Below, one piece after another: positions 62,903-64,000 of a DNA stretch of 64,000 nt. The notes beneath the pieces are model-generated. The model did no database searches. It was not told where the DNA came from and saw only the letters and a program-made list of their open reading frames with translations. This DNA is from Selaginella moellendorffii. Lineage: Eukaryota; Plantae; Lycopodiophyta. The stretch covers positions 1,369,129 through 1,433,128 of the forward strand of contig NW_003314306.1 of assembly GCF_000143415.4 (NCBI RefSeq). Reading direction: 5' to 3'. The translations under genes were made by a program, and so were the position numbers. Position 1 is the stretch's first letter; each line of letters opens with the position of its first letter.

Positions 62903-63997
62903 TCACGCCTTCATGACCGCGCAATTGTAGACGAAGTTGTCGCCGACGGGGCTCGCCTCCGCGACGCGCCGCCACAGCACGCCGCCGGATCGCGCCGGGC
63001 GGCACGCATCGATGAACGGCACATCCAGCTCGGAGCCGCCGATGAGCCACACCTCCTCCCCGACGCCCTTAAACCCTAGCCCCCATCCATGGGACTCGGC
63101 ATTTGCCCGCCGCCCCGCCGCCGCATCCAGCACCGTCCACCTCCCGCCAAACTTCTCATACCTCTTCAACAGACCGTTGGGATGATCCCACGCGTACAGC
63201 ACGTCGCCCACCACCGCCACTAGCGGCGGCGCCACCGAGCCTCTAAACCGCGACACGCTACTCTCCGGCCAAAGCCCCGGTATGACCGTCCACCGCCGAG
63301 TCCTGGGATCGAACCGCTCACCTGCCGTGACCGGCTGATCTCGGCCGTCCGTCCCCCCAATCACGTAAAAGCAGCCGTCCATCACGAACCCCGAGCACTC
63401 CTTCCGCGCGGTATGCATGGGCGGTAGCGCGCGCCAGCGCCCGGCGCCGCTGCAGTACACCTCCGCGTCGCGCAGCGGCGTGCTGGTCCCAAACCCCGCG
63501 CCGCCGGCCACGTACGCCATGCCGCCGAAGCTGGCGGACGCGAACTGGCACCGCGGCGTCGTCATGGGCGGCGCCGCAGACCACTCGTTGCGGTCCGCGC
63601 GGTACCGCCAGATGACCGGGTGCATCCGGAAGTTGTAGAACGAGGGCCCGACCACCAGGAGCTCCCGCCCGGCCACGAAGCACTCCTTATCGTTGTCCGT
63701 GAAGATCTGGTCCGCGGGAAAGGCCGGGAGGCGATGCCAGGCCATGAGAATTGGATCCAGCGCGAAGAAGGGGCCGCCCATGGCGAGCGTGATGTAGAGC
63801 CAGGGCTCCGAGATGCCGTCGTTGGATCGGATGGAGAAGATTTGGTCGGGGCGGAGGGCTTGATTCCACTGGCGCGAGACGAGGCGGAGGCGGGGGTAGA
63901 GTCCGCGCGGTACGCGCGCGAGGCAGCTCTGCGCCACGCCGCGCGGTAGCCCGGGGATCAGTGCCTGGTCTCGATCGGGCTCCTCGTCGGAGGACAT
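62903..63997 (-). CDS. F-box/kelch-repeat protein (SKIP11-like), intronless; may extend beyond the window
   Basis: F-box LIPGLPRGVAQSCLARVPR; kelch repeats PPMTTPRCQF...AYVAGG and LPPMHTARKECSGFVMDGCFYVIGG; also APPLVAVV and the C-terminal FVYNCAVM. Confidence 0.93.
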   Translation of the reverse strand: MSSDEEPDRDQALIPGLPRGVAQSCLARVPRGLYPRLRLVSRQWNQALRPDQIFSIRSNDGISEPWLYITLAMGGPFFALDPILMAWHRLPAFPADQIFTDNDKECFVAGRELLVVGPSFYNFRMHPVIWRYRADRNEWSAAPPMTTPRCQFASASFGGMAYVAGGAGFGTSTPLRDAEVYCSGAGRWRALPPMHTARKECSGFVMDGCFYVIGGTDGRDQPVTAGERFDPRTRRWTVIPGLWPESSVSRFRGSVAPPLVAVVGDVLYAWDHPNGLLKRYEKFGGRWTVLDAAAGRRANAESHGWGLGFKGVGEEVWLIGGSELDVPFIDACRPARSGGVLWRRVAEASPVGDNFVYNCAVMKA

Positions 63998-64000
63998 TCT

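Noticed and set aside
62937-63949. Alternative-frame ORFs over the kelch gene
   Set aside because: High-GC shadow ORFs of a single well-supported CDS.

Overview
This is eukaryotic land-plant genomic DNA, most likely a Selaginella-type lycophyte. That call is an inference from 50-70 bp introns, very short intergenic spacers and Selaginella-style PPR remnants. There are two 100-N gaps (4018-4117, 6114-6213). 1-16 kb is nested, decayed transposons: Ty3/gypsy, an L1-type LINE and a PIF/Harbinger. 16.4-39.8 kb is a tandem segmental triplication of a unit carrying a PPR pseudogene, tRNA-Pro(AGG), a secreted alpha-carbonic anhydrase and, 55-65 bp after the CA stop, a small secreted gene resembling a stand-alone subtilase propeptide (I9). 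Copy 1 keeps the intact tRNA and CA, copy 3 keeps the intact propeptide-like gene, and copy 2 is broken in all three. 42.7-45.3 kb is an internally deleted gypsy element with an unusual three-LTR fold-back structure. 46-64 kb is gene-dense: S8 subtilase, intronless CAMK-group kinase, TraB-family gene, two head-to-head macrodomain paralogues with altered ADP-ribose loops, a GOLD-domain gene, a GH17 pseudogene ending in a miRNA-like hairpin, a kinase pseudogene and an F-box/kelch gene. The best candidate for an undescribed system is the CA / propeptide-inhibitor cassette, whose apparent TATA box lies in the last CA codons, next to a related subtilase. All alignments were done by eye, and family calls rest on motif recognition, not database searches.
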